This document shows positions 8,849 through 18,900 of a stretch of 62,738 nt of DNA, piece after piece. Under the pieces are notes generated by a model. The model had not been told where the DNA came from, searched no databases, and was given only the letters and a program-made list of their open reading frames with translations. How positions within the stretch are numbered: position 1 is the first letter of the stretch; each line of letters starts with the position of its first letter. Location of the stretch: positions 1 to 62,738 of the forward strand of contig CAYPXH010000005.1 of NCBI GenBank assembly GCA_964414755.1, written 5' to 3'. This stretch comes from an uncultured Rhodospirillaceae bacterium (GTDB lineage: Bacteria; Pseudomonadota; Alphaproteobacteria; JAEUKQ01). The translations under genes were made by a program, and so were the position numbers.

Positions 8849-9771
8849 TTTGTCACCGTTTGTTTATTTTGTAGATATTGAAAAATAAAAATCGGGACAA
8901 CTAAAACCAATAAAATCATCATGGCTAAAGTGGAAGCCATCGGCCAGTCATAGCTAAAAACACTACGAACTTGTTGACCAATTAATGGACTGCTTGAGTC
9001 GCCTAGTAATTCCGGGATGACGAACTCGCCAACTGCCGGAATAAATACAAGTAAACAACCAGCTATAATGCCGGGCATCGTTAGGGGAACAGTAATTGCA
9101 AAAAATGTATTTGTTGGTTTGCTTCCTAAATCCGCGGCTGCTTCAAGAAGTGTGTTATCAAGCTTTTCCAAAGTTGCATAAAGTGGTAGGATCATAAAGG
9201 GTAAGTATGAATATACGATACCAATATAAACGGCCAGGTCACTATAAAGAATGTCAAGGGGTTTATCAATAACTCCAAGCCACATAAGGAAACCGTTTAA
9301 AAGACCATTCTCCTTACCTAGTATACCAATCCAAGCATAAACACGTATCAAAAAAGATGTCCAGAATGGTAAAATAACCATCATCAACAAGGTGTTACGC
9401 CAGCGATCTGGACTTCGAGCAATACCATAAGCCATCGGAAAACCGATTAATAAGCAGCAAAGTGTCGATATTGTCGCAATTTTAACAGAATTAACGATTG
9501 ATAAAATATAAATCTGATCTTCAGTCAATGCTTGGTAATTACCAAAATATAAATTTAGCTGAAGGCCATTTTCTGTCGATGTAATAATAGGGGTGTGTGG
9601 TGGTTGCTGAAAGTCGACTGGTTGGGTCAGGCTGATAAAAAAGATTAAAATGAATGGCAGTAAAAAAAACAACGTGAGCCAGAAATAAGGTATAAAAATC
9701 GTAACCGAAGACCCGTCGGGTTTTATTTTTTGTAAAAATGAAACCAAGTTTTTTTGTTTTGTGGTTGCCAA
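8845..9771 (-). CDS. potH: Putrescine/spermidine ABC transporter permease
   Basis: 308 aa multi-TM protein with the EAA-loop motif LLEAAADLGSKPTNTF. Confidence 0.85.
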   Translation of the reverse strand: MATTKQKNLVSFLQKIKPDGSSVTIFIPYFWLTLFFLLPFILIFFISLTQPVDFQQPPHTPIITSTENGLQLNLYFGNYQALTEDQIYILSIVNSVKIATISTLCCLLIGFPMAYGIARSPDRWRNTLLMMVILPFWTSFLIRVYAWIGILGKENGLLNGFLMWLGVIDKPLDILYSDLAVYIGIVYSYLPFMILPLYATLEKLDNTLLEAAADLGSKPTNTFFAITVPLTMPGIIAGCLLVFIPAVGEFVIPELLGDSSSPLIGQQVRSVFSYDWPMASTLAMMILLVLVVPIFIFQYLQNKQTVTK

Positions 9772-9807
9772 GATAATTTCTGCCTATTACTTGTTGCTTT
9801 TTAAGCT

Positions 9808-10947
9808 TTAACTATGAAGTACAACACCACTTGTTGATAGCCATGATAAATATACGTGGTCATCCCAGGTCAATCTATTCTCGCTTGACCGCACCTGGTT
9901 TGGCATAGTTACTTTAACAATCTTGCCAGTTTCAAGCTTAACCAGGTAGACTGACAAGTTTCCCATATAAGCAACTTCTTTAATAATGCCTTTTAGTTGA
10001 TTACGTGTTTCTGCTGGTGCTGTGCGGCTTGCTACAATTTTCTCAGGACGTACAGCGACCCAAACTTCTGCCCCAGGAGCACAAGCAATTCCATGGCTAA
10101 TATATAAATCAGCATTTGCTTCATCTGAATGAAGCAAAACATAGTCTGGCTCATCTTCAATAACACGGCCGGCAAAAATGTTCACCGAACCTATAAAATT
10201 TGCAACCATCCTTGTGCCAGGAAATTCATATATTTCTTGTGGTGTGCCAATTTGGACAATCTGGCCTGCGTTCATAACGCCAATACGTGTAGATAGAGTC
10301 ATGGCTTCTTCTTGGTCATGCGTTACTACAACAAAAGTAATTCCCAGCTTTTCTTGAATATTCATCAACTCAAACTGGGTTTGTTCCCGCAGTCTTTTAT
10401 CTAGTGCCCCCAAGGGTTCGTCAAGTAAAAGCAATTTTGGTCTTTTAACAAGCGCCCTAGCCAGTGCAACTCGCTGTCTTTGACCGCCAGATAACTGGTG
10501 TGGTTTCCGTTTAGCATATGGTTTCATTTGAACCAGGTCTAATATATCGGCAACACGTTCGGCGATCAATGAACGGGCAAGACCATCTTGCTTTAATCCG
10601 AAGGCAATATTTTTTTCAACCGTCATGTGCGGGAAAAGAGCATAAGATTGAAACATCATGTTTGTTGGTCGTTCATAAGGCGGTACCGTAGCCATATCAA
10701 CATCATCAATAAAAATTTTGCCTGACGTAGGTGTTTCTAAACCCGCCAGCATGCGCAATAATGTTGTTTTTCCGCATCCAGAACCACCTAACAGCGAAAA
10801 AAGCTCGCTTTTATAAATCGATAGTGATACATCGTTAACTGCAGTGAACTCCCCAAACTTTTTTACCAAATGTTCAATACGAATATAGGGTTTGCTACTT
10901 TTATCACGCCAAGGTTCTGGGCTACCAGGTTTACCTTTTTCTGACAT
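9808..10947 (-). CDS. potG: Putrescine/spermidine ABC transporter ATP-binding protein
   Basis: 379 aa with Walker A GGSGCGKTT, signature LSGGQRQRVALARAL, Walker B LLLLDEP and a C-terminal TOBE-like region. Confidence 0.88.
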   Translation of the reverse strand: MSEKGKPGSPEPWRDKSSKPYIRIEHLVKKFGEFTAVNDVSLSIYKSELFSLLGGSGCGKTTLLRMLAGLETPTSGKIFIDDVDMATVPPYERPTNMMFQSYALFPHMTVEKNIAFGLKQDGLARSLIAERVADILDLVQMKPYAKRKPHQLSGGQRQRVALARALVKRPKLLLLDEPLGALDKRLREQTQFELMNIQEKLGITFVVVTHDQEEAMTLSTRIGVMNAGQIVQIGTPQEIYEFPGTRMVANFIGSVNIFAGRVIEDEPDYVLLHSDEANADLYISHGIACAPGAEVWVAVRPEKIVASRTAPAETRNQLKGIIKEVAYMGNLSVYLVKLETGKIVKVTMPNQVRSSENRLTWDDHVYLSWLSTSGVVLHS

Positions 10948-11059
10948 ATCTAAATCCTAATATCTGTTGTTTTGCTACATCTCATGTAACCAAGAATTCT
11001 TTTACTTGGCTAGATTTTTTTTTATTAAATTATGTCAATGCAATAGGTGTATCTAAACA

Positions 11060-11090
11060 AACAAAAAGCCCTGCGATACAGGGCTTTTTA
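11060..11090 (-). terminator. Intra-cluster rho-independent hairpin between potF and potG
   Basis: AGCCCTG-CGATA-CAGGGCT (11067..11085), followed on the minus strand by TTTTTGTTTG. Confidence 0.6.
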
Positions 11091-11098
11091 TAGAAGAA

Positions 11099-12196
11099 TT
11101 ACCGACCGGTTTTTACGCGCGTCCAGCTTCTTGTGCGTTGCCGCTTTAAATCACCGCTCGCTTCTTTATCGCTAAATAAACGTGCCATCACATCGGCAGG
11201 TGGGTAAACACCCGGATTGTTTAGAATTTTCTGATCAACATAAGCTTTAGCAGCCATGTTAGGACTTGCGTAGGTTACAAAATTAACACCATCCGCTGCA
11301 ATTTGTGGATCCAATAAAAAGTTAATAAATGCGTGTGCTTCCTTAGGATGCGGGGCATCTTTGGGAATCGCAATCGAGTCAATCCAAAGTTGCGTACCTT
11401 CTTTAGGAATATGATAGGCAACGGTTACATTTTTAGCGGCTTCTTCTGCTCTTGTTGCTGCAATCAAAATATCGCCACTATAACCAAGCGCCATACAAAT
11501 GTTACCATTCGCTAAGTCTTCTATATATCTTGAAGAATGGAAATATTTAATATATGGGCGAACGGCAAGCAACGTTTTTTCAGCTAGATCATAATCTTCT
11601 TTTTTACTGCTATGTGGGTCCTTACCCAGATAGTTCAGGACAATTTGAAATATGTCGCTGGGTGAATCCAGCATAGCAATACCACAATCTGCAAACTTTT
11701 GAGCGAATTCTGGTTTAAAAATTATATCAAGGCTGTTAACTGGTGCATTCGGCATGCGTTTATTAATCATGTCAACATTAACACCAAGCCCGATTGTGCC
11801 CCAAAAATAAGGTACAGCATACTCATTTTTTGGGTCAAAATTACTTAAAGCCTTTAAAATTACTGGATCAATGTTTTTTAGATTGGGCAGAAGGCTTTTA
11901 TCAAGCCTTTGGTAAAGCCCTGCATTAATTTGTCGTACAAGAAAGCCACCGCTAGGCACCACAATATCATAACCCGTTTTGCCGGTTAACAACTTCGCAT
12001 CTAATGTTTCATTTGAATCGTAAACATCGTATACTACTTTGATTCCCGTGGCTTTGGTAAATTTTTCAATTGTATCCTTACCAATATAGTCAGACCAATT
12101 ATACACATGAACGACACGTTCCTGTGCAGCAAGATTATTGGTAACAAGAACAGCGCAAGTTATCGCTAAGAAAGACGATAATAATCTTTTTATCAT
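11099..12196 (-). CDS. potF: Putrescine-binding periplasmic protein of the ABC transporter
   Basis: 365 aa. Signal peptide MIKRLLSSFLAITCAVLVTNNLAA, then the PotF/PotD-type block VHVYNWSDYI and WGTIGL. Confidence 0.85.
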   Translation of the reverse strand: MIKRLLSSFLAITCAVLVTNNLAAQERVVHVYNWSDYIGKDTIEKFTKATGIKVVYDVYDSNETLDAKLLTGKTGYDIVVPSGGFLVRQINAGLYQRLDKSLLPNLKNIDPVILKALSNFDPKNEYAVPYFWGTIGLGVNVDMINKRMPNAPVNSLDIIFKPEFAQKFADCGIAMLDSPSDIFQIVLNYLGKDPHSSKKEDYDLAEKTLLAVRPYIKYFHSSRYIEDLANGNICMALGYSGDILIAATRAEEAAKNVTVAYHIPKEGTQLWIDSIAIPKDAPHPKEAHAFINFLLDPQIAADGVNFVTYASPNMAAKAYVDQKILNNPGVYPPADVMARLFSDKEASGDLKRQRTRSWTRVKTGR

Positions 12197-12350
12197 TATT
12201 ATTTTCCCACGTTTAAATTAACTTTAATGAATAACCAAAAGAACTTTAATATATGGCGCATGTTACAGATAAAATATAAGCGCGATTAGGTTCATTAAAT
12301 AACAAAAGAAAAATAAAAACAATTGCTTATTTTATCATCCATTTTACTGT

Positions 12351-12381
12351 AAATAATAAGGCCGGCTTTTGCCGGCCTTTT
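12351..12381 (-). terminator. Rho-independent terminator downstream of the puuA-like gene
   Basis: AAGGCCGGC-TTTT-GCCGGCCTT (12358..12379), with a U-rich tail on the minus strand. Confidence 0.7.
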
Positions 12382-12393
12382 AAAGTTTTAATA

Positions 12394-13842
12394 TTAAACA
12401 TTAAGCAATAAATGCTCACGTTCCCAAGAACTAATTACTTTTTGATAGGCATCAAGCTCTGCCCGTTTCACGGCAGCAAAAACTTCGACGAATTTATCCC
12501 CAAGAACACTGCGAACGCTTTTGTTTGATTCAAAACGTTGTAAAGCATCATTAAGAGTTCTAGGCAATGTATGTTTTAGGCGATACGCGCTACCATCAAT
12601 TTGTTCGGTTGGTGTTAGTTTTTCAACCATCCCCAAATACCCACATGCCAATGAAGCAGCCATGGCAAGATATGGGTTGGCATCAGCACCAGCAAGCCGG
12701 TTTTCAATGCGCCTTCCTTCTGGTGGAGCAATAGGAACACGAAGGCCAACAGTCCTGTTATCAATACCCCAATGCACGTTGATGGGTGCATCGTAATATG
12801 GTTGCAGACGACGATAAGAGTTTACGTTCGGGCCTAGTAGTGGCATGGTAAATGGTAAATATCTCTGTAATCCAGCCACGTGAGATCGAAATAACGGGGA
12901 GTCTTTACCATTTGCGGCATTTGCAAACAAATTTTGGCCATTTTTAAGGTCAACCACAGATTGATGAATATGCATGGCACTACCTGGTTCATTGGCCAAT
13001 GGTTTTGCCATAAAGGTAGCATAAACATTATGTCGTAAGGCTGTTTGACGAACAGTTCTTTTAAATAGAAAAGTCATGTCCGCTAAGCGCATTGCGTCGC
13101 CATGATTAAAATTGATTTCCATCTGGGCTGCGCCAGCTTCATGGGTTAAGGTATCAATATCAATATCTTGTGCTTCACAAAAATCATAGACTTCTTCAAA
13201 AATGGGATCAAATTCGTTAACTGCATCGATCCCATAAGATTGCCGGCCTGTCTCCGGCCGTCCTGAACGGCCAATTGGTGGCGAAAGTGGTAGATCAGGG
13301 TCGGTATTAACTTGCACCAAGAAAAATTCTAGCTCGGGGGCAACAATTGGTTGCCAGCCTTTGGCATGATAAAGATCTAAAATGCACTTTAAAATATGCC
13401 GCGGGGCAAATTCAATAGGACGCCCATTATTATAATAGCAGTCACAAATAACCTGGGCAGTTGGGGCGCCATACCAGGGAACAACACGAATAGTCTCGGC
13501 TGCAGGGTGTAGGTTAATGTCATGATCCTGCGGACCCATTAGGCTATCTTCGATGTCGGCATATTCCCCAGTAACTGTTTGTATAAAAAGGCTTTCCGGC
13601 AGACGTAGACTATTTTGCTCAACACTTTTTAAAAATTTTGTAGCAGGCAAAATCTTTCCCCGGGCAATACCCGACATGTCAGGAACTAAACACTCGACTT
13701 CTTCAATTTTTCTTTCAGCAAGCCATTGCTGCAGGTATTTAAGACCATTTTTTGCATCTTGATGGCCATTTTTTAATTCCTGTGCGGTTTTTGTACTGCG
13801 ATATGTTTTTTTTGTTTTATCTTCTTTAGACGGTGTAGACAT
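12394..13842 (-). CDS. puuA: Glutamine synthetase-family gamma-glutamylpolyamine (gamma-glutamylputrescine) synthetase
   Basis: 482 aa. GS catalytic blocks APELEFFLV, GAAQMEINF, ATFMAKP..EPGSAMHIHQS, NVNSYRRL and NRLAGADANPYLA. Overall layout resembles E. coli PuuA. Confidence 0.75.
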   Translation of the reverse strand: MSTPSKEDKTKKTYRSTKTAQELKNGHQDAKNGLKYLQQWLAERKIEEVECLVPDMSGIARGKILPATKFLKSVEQNSLRLPESLFIQTVTGEYADIEDSLMGPQDHDINLHPAAETIRVVPWYGAPTAQVICDCYYNNGRPIEFAPRHILKCILDLYHAKGWQPIVAPELEFFLVQVNTDPDLPLSPPIGRSGRPETGRQSYGIDAVNEFDPIFEEVYDFCEAQDIDIDTLTHEAGAAQMEINFNHGDAMRLADMTFLFKRTVRQTALRHNVYATFMAKPLANEPGSAMHIHQSVVDLKNGQNLFANAANGKDSPLFRSHVAGLQRYLPFTMPLLGPNVNSYRRLQPYYDAPINVHWGIDNRTVGLRVPIAPPEGRRIENRLAGADANPYLAMAASLACGYLGMVEKLTPTEQIDGSAYRLKHTLPRTLNDALQRFESNKSVRSVLGDKFVEVFAAVKRAELDAYQKVISSWEREHLLLNV

Positions 13843-14167
13843 GATTAAGTGATCCGATAAAAATAAATTATAAAAAAGCGGGCTATCAAAAAAAGTGACT
13901 TTATTTTTGGAACCCTAAAATTTTGAATATGACTTAACGATGTCTACTAATGAGGGCCAGAACGCAAAATTTTTTGTAATGATAACATTGTATCTCCCCA
14001 AGCCCATGAAATTCTTAAGCCTGTTAAATTTTTTGGCAAATAAACTCAATCAACTAAAATCAAACATAATTTACCTTAATCTAGCTAACTTCTTTAAAAT
14101 TGGCAAGGTTAGGCAAATTTTGGTTGTGGGAACATAATTAGCAGAACTTATTTTAAGATCATAAAAC

Positions 14168-14197
14168 TTGATTGTGCTAAAGTTTTTTGACTATAGT
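14168..14197 (+). promoter_or_regulatory. Putative sigma-70 promoter of gatCAB
   Basis: TTGATT (14168..14173), an 18-nt spacer, then TATAGT (14192..14197), about 45 nt upstream of the gatC ATG. Confidence 0.35.
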
Positions 14198-14239
14198 GCT
14201 GTTGTTCTTATCAACACAAAGACCAGGTAAAGGAAAAAG

Positions 14240-14527
14240 ATGTCAATCGACCACAACACCGTTAAGAAAATTGCAACACTAGCAAAAATTCGTCTTACAC
14301 CTGAAGAAGTACAATCTTATGGTCAAGAATTGCAGCAAATTCTAAAATGGATAGAACAATTGCAAGAAGCCAAAATTCCTAACGGCGTTTTACCCGACCC
14401 TTCAATGAAGCCCGAGTTGCAGCGGCGTTCAGATCAGGTAACAGATGGTGGAAATACCGACAAAGTGTTGCTCAATGCACCTGAAAAAGCTTATGATTTT
14501 TTCTGTGTGCCCAAGGTTGTTGAATAG
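14240..14527 (+). CDS. gatC: Asp/Glu-tRNA amidotransferase subunit C
   Basis: 95 aa. V.KIA.LAKIRLTPEE... is typical of GatC, and the gene lies directly upstream of gatA. Confidence 0.9.
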   Translation: MSIDHNTVKKIATLAKIRLTPEEVQSYGQELQQILKWIEQLQEAKIPNGVLPDPSMKPELQRRSDQVTDGGNTDKVLLNAPEKAYDFFCVPKVVE

Positions 14528-14539
14528 GGGGGGTGGATT

Positions 14540-16021
14540 ATGACAGAATCTCTTGTTAATTTAACTTTAGTACAGGCACTTGATGGTCTTAAGAAAAAAA
14601 GCTTTTCAAGTGTTGAATTAACGCATGCATATTTAGCCAACATGCAACAGAAACGCAATTTGAATGCCTATATTTCTGAAACACCAGATAAAGCATTGGC
14701 TATGGCAAAACAATCTGATCAGCGTCGGGTTAAGGGTATGGTCGGATTACTTGAAGGAATCCCTGTTGCAATTAAAGATTTATTTTGTACTGAAGGTGTA
14801 AAAACAACAGCTGCTTCGCGCATTCTTGAGAACTTTATTCCCACATATGAATCTACAGTAACTCAAAATATTTGGAAAAAAGGGGCTGTTTTGTTGGGTA
14901 AAACCAATTTGGATGAGTTTGCTATGGGATCATCTAATATAACAAGCCACTTTGGGCCTGTGATTAGTCCTTGGAAACATGGTAGTGATCGTTATAAAAA
15001 ACTTGTGCCAGGGGGTTCTTCAGGTGGTTCTGCGGCTGCTGTTTCTGCTAGGTTAGCGGTTGCAGCAACTGGTACCGACACCGGAGGGTCAATTCGTCAA
15101 CCAGCGGCTTTTGTAGGTATCGTTGGGCTAAAACCGACATATGGATTATGTTCACGCTGGGGTATTGTTGCTTTTGCTTCTTCTTTGGACCAAGCAGGTC
15201 CAATGGCACGAACGGTTGGTGATACTGCTTTAATGTTGCAGGCTATGGCAGGTTATGATCCTCAGGATTCAACATCAGTAAATACTCAGGTGCCAGACTA
15301 TTTTGCGGCGCTAAAGAATTACTCATTACGTGGCCTGAAAATTGGTATCCCTAAGGAATATGTTGTGCCAGGAATGGCCCCTGAGATAGAAAAATTATGG
15401 CAACAGGGAATGAACTGGTTAAAATCTGCCGGCGCTGAGATACAAGAAGTTCAACTGCCCCATACCAAATATGCATTGCCAACTTATTATATTATTGCTC
15501 CGGCTGAGGCATCCTCTAATCTTGCCCGGTATGATGGGGTACGCTATGGGCTACGTATTCCTGCACAAACCCTTGACGACATGTACGAATTAACGCGCGC
15601 AGCTGGTTTTGGACGCGAGGTAAAGCGCCGTATTTTAATAGGTACCTATGTGTTATCAGCTGGTTATTATGACGCTTATTATGTCAAAGCGCAAAAGTTG
15701 CGCGCTCTTATTTTACAGGATTTTCAAGAAGCATATAAAAAAGTTGATGTTATTTTAACACCAACAGCCCCAACCCAAGCTTTTGGTCTTGGTGAAAAAA
15801 CGAGTGACCCAATATCGATGTATTTAAATGATGTATTTACAGTACCAGTAAATTTGGCTGGATTGCCAGCTATATCGGTACCAGTTGGACTTTCTTCCGA
15901 TAAATTACCACTTGGATTACAGCTTATTGGCAAACCTTTTGGCGAGACAACACTGCTTCAAGTAGCGCATCAACTTGAAAAAAATGCGTCACTTAAGAAT
16001 GATCCAGACTTGGGAGAATAA
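14540..16021 (+). CDS. gatA: Asp/Glu-tRNA amidotransferase subunit A
   Basis: 493 aa with the amidase signature [11 protein letters not shown] and [11 protein letters not shown]. Confidence 0.95.
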   Translation: MTESLVNLTLVQALDGLKKKSFSSVELTHAYLANMQQKRNLNAYISETPDKALAMAKQSDQRRVKGMVGLLEGIPVAIKDLFCTEGVKTTAASRILENFIPTYESTVTQNIWKKGAVLLGKTNLDEFAMGSSNITSHFGPVISPWKHGSDRYKKLVPGGSSGGSAAAVSARLAVAATGTDTGGSIRQPAAFVGIVGLKPTYGLCSRWGIVAFASSLDQAGPMARTVGDTALMLQAMAGYDPQDSTSVNTQVPDYFAALKNYSLRGLKIGIPKEYVVPGMAPEIEKLWQQGMNWLKSAGAEIQEVQLPHTKYALPTYYIIAPAEASSNLARYDGVRYGLRIPAQTLDDMYELTRAAGFGREVKRRILIGTYVLSAGYYDAYYVKAQKLRALILQDFQEAYKKVDVILTPTAPTQAFGLGEKTSDPISMYLNDVFTVPVNLAGLPAISVPVGLSSDKLPLGLQLIGKPFGETTLLQVAHQLEKNASLKNDPDLGE

Positions 16022-16022
16022 A

Positions 16023-17489
16023 ATGCCAGAAACCAATAATAACTTAATCCATGGAAAAACTGGTCTTTGGGAAATTGTTATGGGCCTTGAGGTTCATGCA
16101 CAAATATCATCGCAATCAAAGTTATTTTCAGGTGCTGCAACTGACTTCGGTGCAGAGCCTAATACGCAGGTTAGCTTGGTTGATGCTGCAATGCCAGGGA
16201 TGTTACCAGTAATTAATGCTTTTTGTATCGAACAAGCCATTAAAACTGGCTTAGGGTTAAATGCTACGATTAATCTAAAATCCGTTTTTGATCGAAAAAA
16301 TTATTTTTATCCCGACCTGCCAGCTGGATATCAAATATCGCAATATTTGCATCCCATTGTTGGTAGTGGATACCTAATTATCGATTTAGCCAATGGACAA
16401 AGCAAAAAGATTCGCATAACCCGTCTTCATCTTGAACAAGATGCTGGCAAAAGCATTCATGATCAGCATCCACACAAAACGTATGTTGATTTGAATCGTG
16501 CTGGAATTGCCTTAATGGAAATTGTTAGTGAACCAGATTTGCGTTCCGCGGAGGAGGTTGCCGCATATTTAAAAAAATTACGAATGATTATGCGTTATTT
16601 GAAAACATGTGATGGGAATATGGAAGAGGGATCAATGCGTTGCGATATTAACGTATCGGTTCGGCGTCCTGGCGGTAATCTTGGGACTAGGTGCGAGATC
16701 AAAAACGTTAACTCCATCCGTTTTGCACAGCAAGCGATAGATTACGAGGCTCGTCGTCAAATTGATATTTTAGAAAATGGCGGTACTATTGAACAAGAAA
16801 CACGTCTTTTTGATGCAAATAAAGGTACAACACGCACGATGAGGTCAAAAGAGCATGCACCTGATTATAGGTATTTTCCTGATCCTGATCTTTTGCCATT
16901 GGTGCTTCAGAAAGAAGAAGTACAGCGTTTGAAAGATACGTTGATTGAGCTGCCTGATGCTAAAAAACAGCGTCTAATCGATCAATATGGTCTTTCTGCT
17001 TATGATGCAACTGTGTTGGTAAGTGAACCAGAAATCGCAGCATATTATGAAAAGCTGTTAAGTAAGAAAAGGGATCCCAAAGCTGCTGCTAATTGGCTAA
17101 TTGTTGAGCTTTTTGGTTATCTTAATAAAATTGGAAAAACCATTACTCAATCACCCATATCACCCGAACAACTGGGTGAATTAGTTGATCTAATTGGTGC
17201 GGGCGTGCTTTCTGGAAAGATGGCCAAAGATGTTTTTGTTGAAATGGCTGAAACAGGGCAAGCAGCTGGACAAATTGTATCAAAACGTGGCTTGCAGCAG
17301 GTTACAAATAGTAAAGAGATTGAACGAATTATCCACCAGGTATTACAAAATAATCCTGACAAGGTAGCTGAATACAAGTCCGGAAAAGATAAATTGTTTG
17401 GTTTTTTTGTCGGCCAGGTGATGAAAGCATCAGATGGCAAAGCCAACCCAGCTTTACTGAACGAACTTCTAAAAAAGGCCTTAGGCTGA
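16023..17489 (+). CDS. gatB: Asp/Glu-tRNA amidotransferase subunit B
   Basis: Start moved to ATG 16023 ([27 protein letters not shown]), 1 nt after the gatA stop. The ORF-track start at 15975 overlaps gat[10 protein letters not shown] block is present. Confidence 0.93.
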   Translation: MPETNNNLIHGKTGLWEIVMGLEVHAQISSQSKLFSGAATDFGAEPNTQVSLVDAAMPGMLPVINAFCIEQAIKTGLGLNATINLKSVFDRKNYFYPDLPAGYQISQYLHPIVGSGYLIIDLANGQSKKIRITRLHLEQDAGKSIHDQHPHKTYVDLNRAGIALMEIVSEPDLRSAEEVAAYLKKLRMIMRYLKTCDGNMEEGSMRCDINVSVRRPGGNLGTRCEIKNVNSIRFAQQAIDYEARRQIDILENGGTIEQETRLFDANKGTTRTMRSKEHAPDYRYFPDPDLLPLVLQKEEVQRLKDTLIELPDAKKQRLIDQYGLSAYDATVLVSEPEIAAYYEKLLSKKRDPKAAANWLIVELFGYLNKIGKTITQSPISPEQLGELVDLIGAGVLSGKMAKDVFVEMAETGQAAGQIVSKRGLQQVTNSKEIERIIHQVLQNNPDKVAEYKSGKDKLFGFFVGQVMKASDGKANPALLNELLKKALG

Positions 17490-17507
17490 AGTCTTTTAAA
17501 ATTGGCT

Positions 17508-18491
17508 TTAAGCAATAACCCTTAGAATTAGCTTGCCCATCAATTGACCTTCTTGCATCAATTGATGGGCTTTATCAACTTCCGCTAGCGGAAAAATTTT
17601 TTGAATAAAAGGCTTTATTTGGCCAAGAACAAAAGCTTGTTGGGTTGCTTGAAAAAAGTTTGCTGCGATTCGCGATTTTACCTCATTCGACTGCGCGCGC
17701 AAGGTTGATCCTGTCAATGTGATACGCTTCACCAACAATTGTCGTAGATCAAATTCGACTTTAGAACCTTGTTGTGTGGCTATCTGTACAAGTCTGCCTT
17801 CAGGGGCAAGCAGCTGGATATTTTGCTGAAAATATGTTGCACCAATCATATCTAATATCAAATCAAAACCATTTCGGTTTAGTGTATTTTCTTTTAAGCG
17901 ATCAAAATTCTGTTCATGATAGTTCAATGCCAAAACAGCACCAAGTCTTTCAGCAAATTGGACTTTATTAATTGATCCAGCAGTACAGAAGACGCGAGCA
18001 CCCATAAAACGCGCTAGCTGAATAGAAGCGCTACTAACGCCGCCACCGCCACCGTGGATTAGGATGTCTTTCCCAGGCTGTAGCATGCCGCGTTCTATTA
18101 AATTATGCCAGGCGGTGAAAAATGTTTCGGGTATGGCTGCGGATTCTTCGAGGTTAATCCCTGATGGTAATGCCAGACATTGTCCTGCAGGTACAGCACA
18201 ATATTCTGCATAACCACCGCCATTTGTTAATGCAAAAACTTTTTGCCCTTTGGTTAATCCATGAACATTCTGCCCCACTTCATCGATCCAACCGCTAACC
18301 TCTAACCCCATAATGGATGAGTGACCAATTGGTGGTGGATAATGCCCGTAACGCTGTAAAAGGTCAGGTCGGTTGACTCCAGCATAAGCAACGCGGATAA
18401 GCACTTCATTATCAGCTATTTGTGGTTTGTTGATATCTTGAATCGCTAATTGCCCAGTTTTATTGGCTTTTTCATGAATAACTGCTAACAT
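17508..18491 (-). CDS. NAD(P)H:quinone oxidoreductase, zinc-independent MDR/PIG3 family
   Basis: 327 aa with GVNRPDLLQRYGHYPPP and the Rossmann motif IHGGGGGV. Confidence 0.8.
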   Translation of the reverse strand: MLAVIHEKANKTGQLAIQDINKPQIADNEVLIRVAYAGVNRPDLLQRYGHYPPPIGHSSIMGLEVSGWIDEVGQNVHGLTKGQKVFALTNGGGYAEYCAVPAGQCLALPSGINLEESAAIPETFFTAWHNLIERGMLQPGKDILIHGGGGGVSSASIQLARFMGARVFCTAGSINKVQFAERLGAVLALNYHEQNFDRLKENTLNRNGFDLILDMIGATYFQQNIQLLAPEGRLVQIATQQGSKVEFDLRQLLVKRITLTGSTLRAQSNEVKSRIAANFFQATQQAFVLGQIKPFIQKIFPLAEVDKAHQLMQEGQLMGKLILRVIA

Positions 18492-18548
18492 TGATTACCT
18501 AACATATCTTAATTAAAGTATACACGTTTTAAATAAAAGAAACTGATA

Positions 18549-18734
18549 ATGGACGAAGATATTTTAAACCAACACAAAGTAATTGATATCGAGAAATGGT
18601 CGATTCACGAGCTCGAAGAATATATAAGAAAGCTTGACGAAACAAAAGAATTTATCAAGCGGTTGATTCTTACTAAGAAAAAGCACCAATTAGCTGCCAA
18701 TGTTTTTTTTACCAGTCGCAGTGACCATAATTAG
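18549..18734 (+). CDS. DUF1192-family small protein
   Basis: 61 aa. The pattern WSIHELEEYIRKLDETKEFIKRL...KKKHQLAANVFF matches the short coiled-coil DUF1192 family common in Alphaproteobacteria. Confidence 0.65.
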   Translation: MDEDILNQHKVIDIEKWSIHELEEYIRKLDETKEFIKRLILTKKKHQLAANVFFTSRSDHN

Positions 18735-18849
18735 TTTTTGAATTGTTAATCTTTGTTTAACTATTATCTAATAGGCTAGTACTTGTAACGGACATGACAA
18801 TAACCGTTACGAAGCCGGCTTAGAAAAGTCATGATGCTTCCCTGGAAAA

Positions 18850-18886
18850 AGATAAGGCCGCCTTTTAAGGCGGCCTTATCTTTTGT
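18850..18886. terminator. Bidirectional terminator between the DUF1192 gene and hsp20
   Basis: 13-bp stem AGATAAGGCCGCC / GGCGGCCTTATCT (18850..18862 / 18869..18881), with an A-run before and a T-run after. Confidence 0.8.
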
Positions 18887-18900
18887 GTTTAAGTTGTCAA

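Noticed and set aside
14200-14220. Shared motif GTTG..TTATCAACACAAA just downstream of the putative -10 of gatC (14201..20) and of hsp20 (19481..98). TTATCAACA is also one mismatch from a DnaA box (TTATCCACA).
   Set aside because: An exact match of about 13 nt is expected by chance several times in an AT-rich 62-kb window. In the hsp20 case the motif is simply the first hairpin of the ROSE-like leader. Two isolated DnaA-box-like words, with no cluster, AT-rich unwinding element or ori-linked genes, do not support an origin.
13843-14239. 397-bp gap between the puuA-like gene and gatC, including the 65-aa ORF 13940..14137. I also looked for a sigma-54 (TGGCAC-N5-TTGC) promoter for the GS-like gene.
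   Set aside because: The ORF is low-complexity (Leu/Asn/Lys/Phe-rich), has no SD and resembles no protein I recognise. No sequence fits the -24/-12 spacing. The region most simply holds two divergent promoters. An sRNA cannot be excluded without expression data.
17147-17515. Antisense or off-frame ORFs of 100-127 aa inside well-supported genes: 17147..17515 (gatB), 26897..27220 and 27544..27912 (spoT), 29788..30156 (lepB), 39061..39444 (dctM), 43509..43847 (tsf), 45541..45840 (frr), 62280..62585 (secG).
   Set aside because: Each overlaps a gene with unambiguous family motifs. The translations are low-complexity or have odd composition and lack SD sequences. They are typical shadow ORFs.
18735-18849. 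115-nt non-coding stretch after the DUF1192 gene, with hairpin GTAACGG-N12-CCGTTAC (18785..18810), considered as a possible sRNA.
   Set aside because: There is no independent promoter or own terminator. It is most simply the 3' UTR of the DUF1192 gene running to the strong terminator at 18850..18886.
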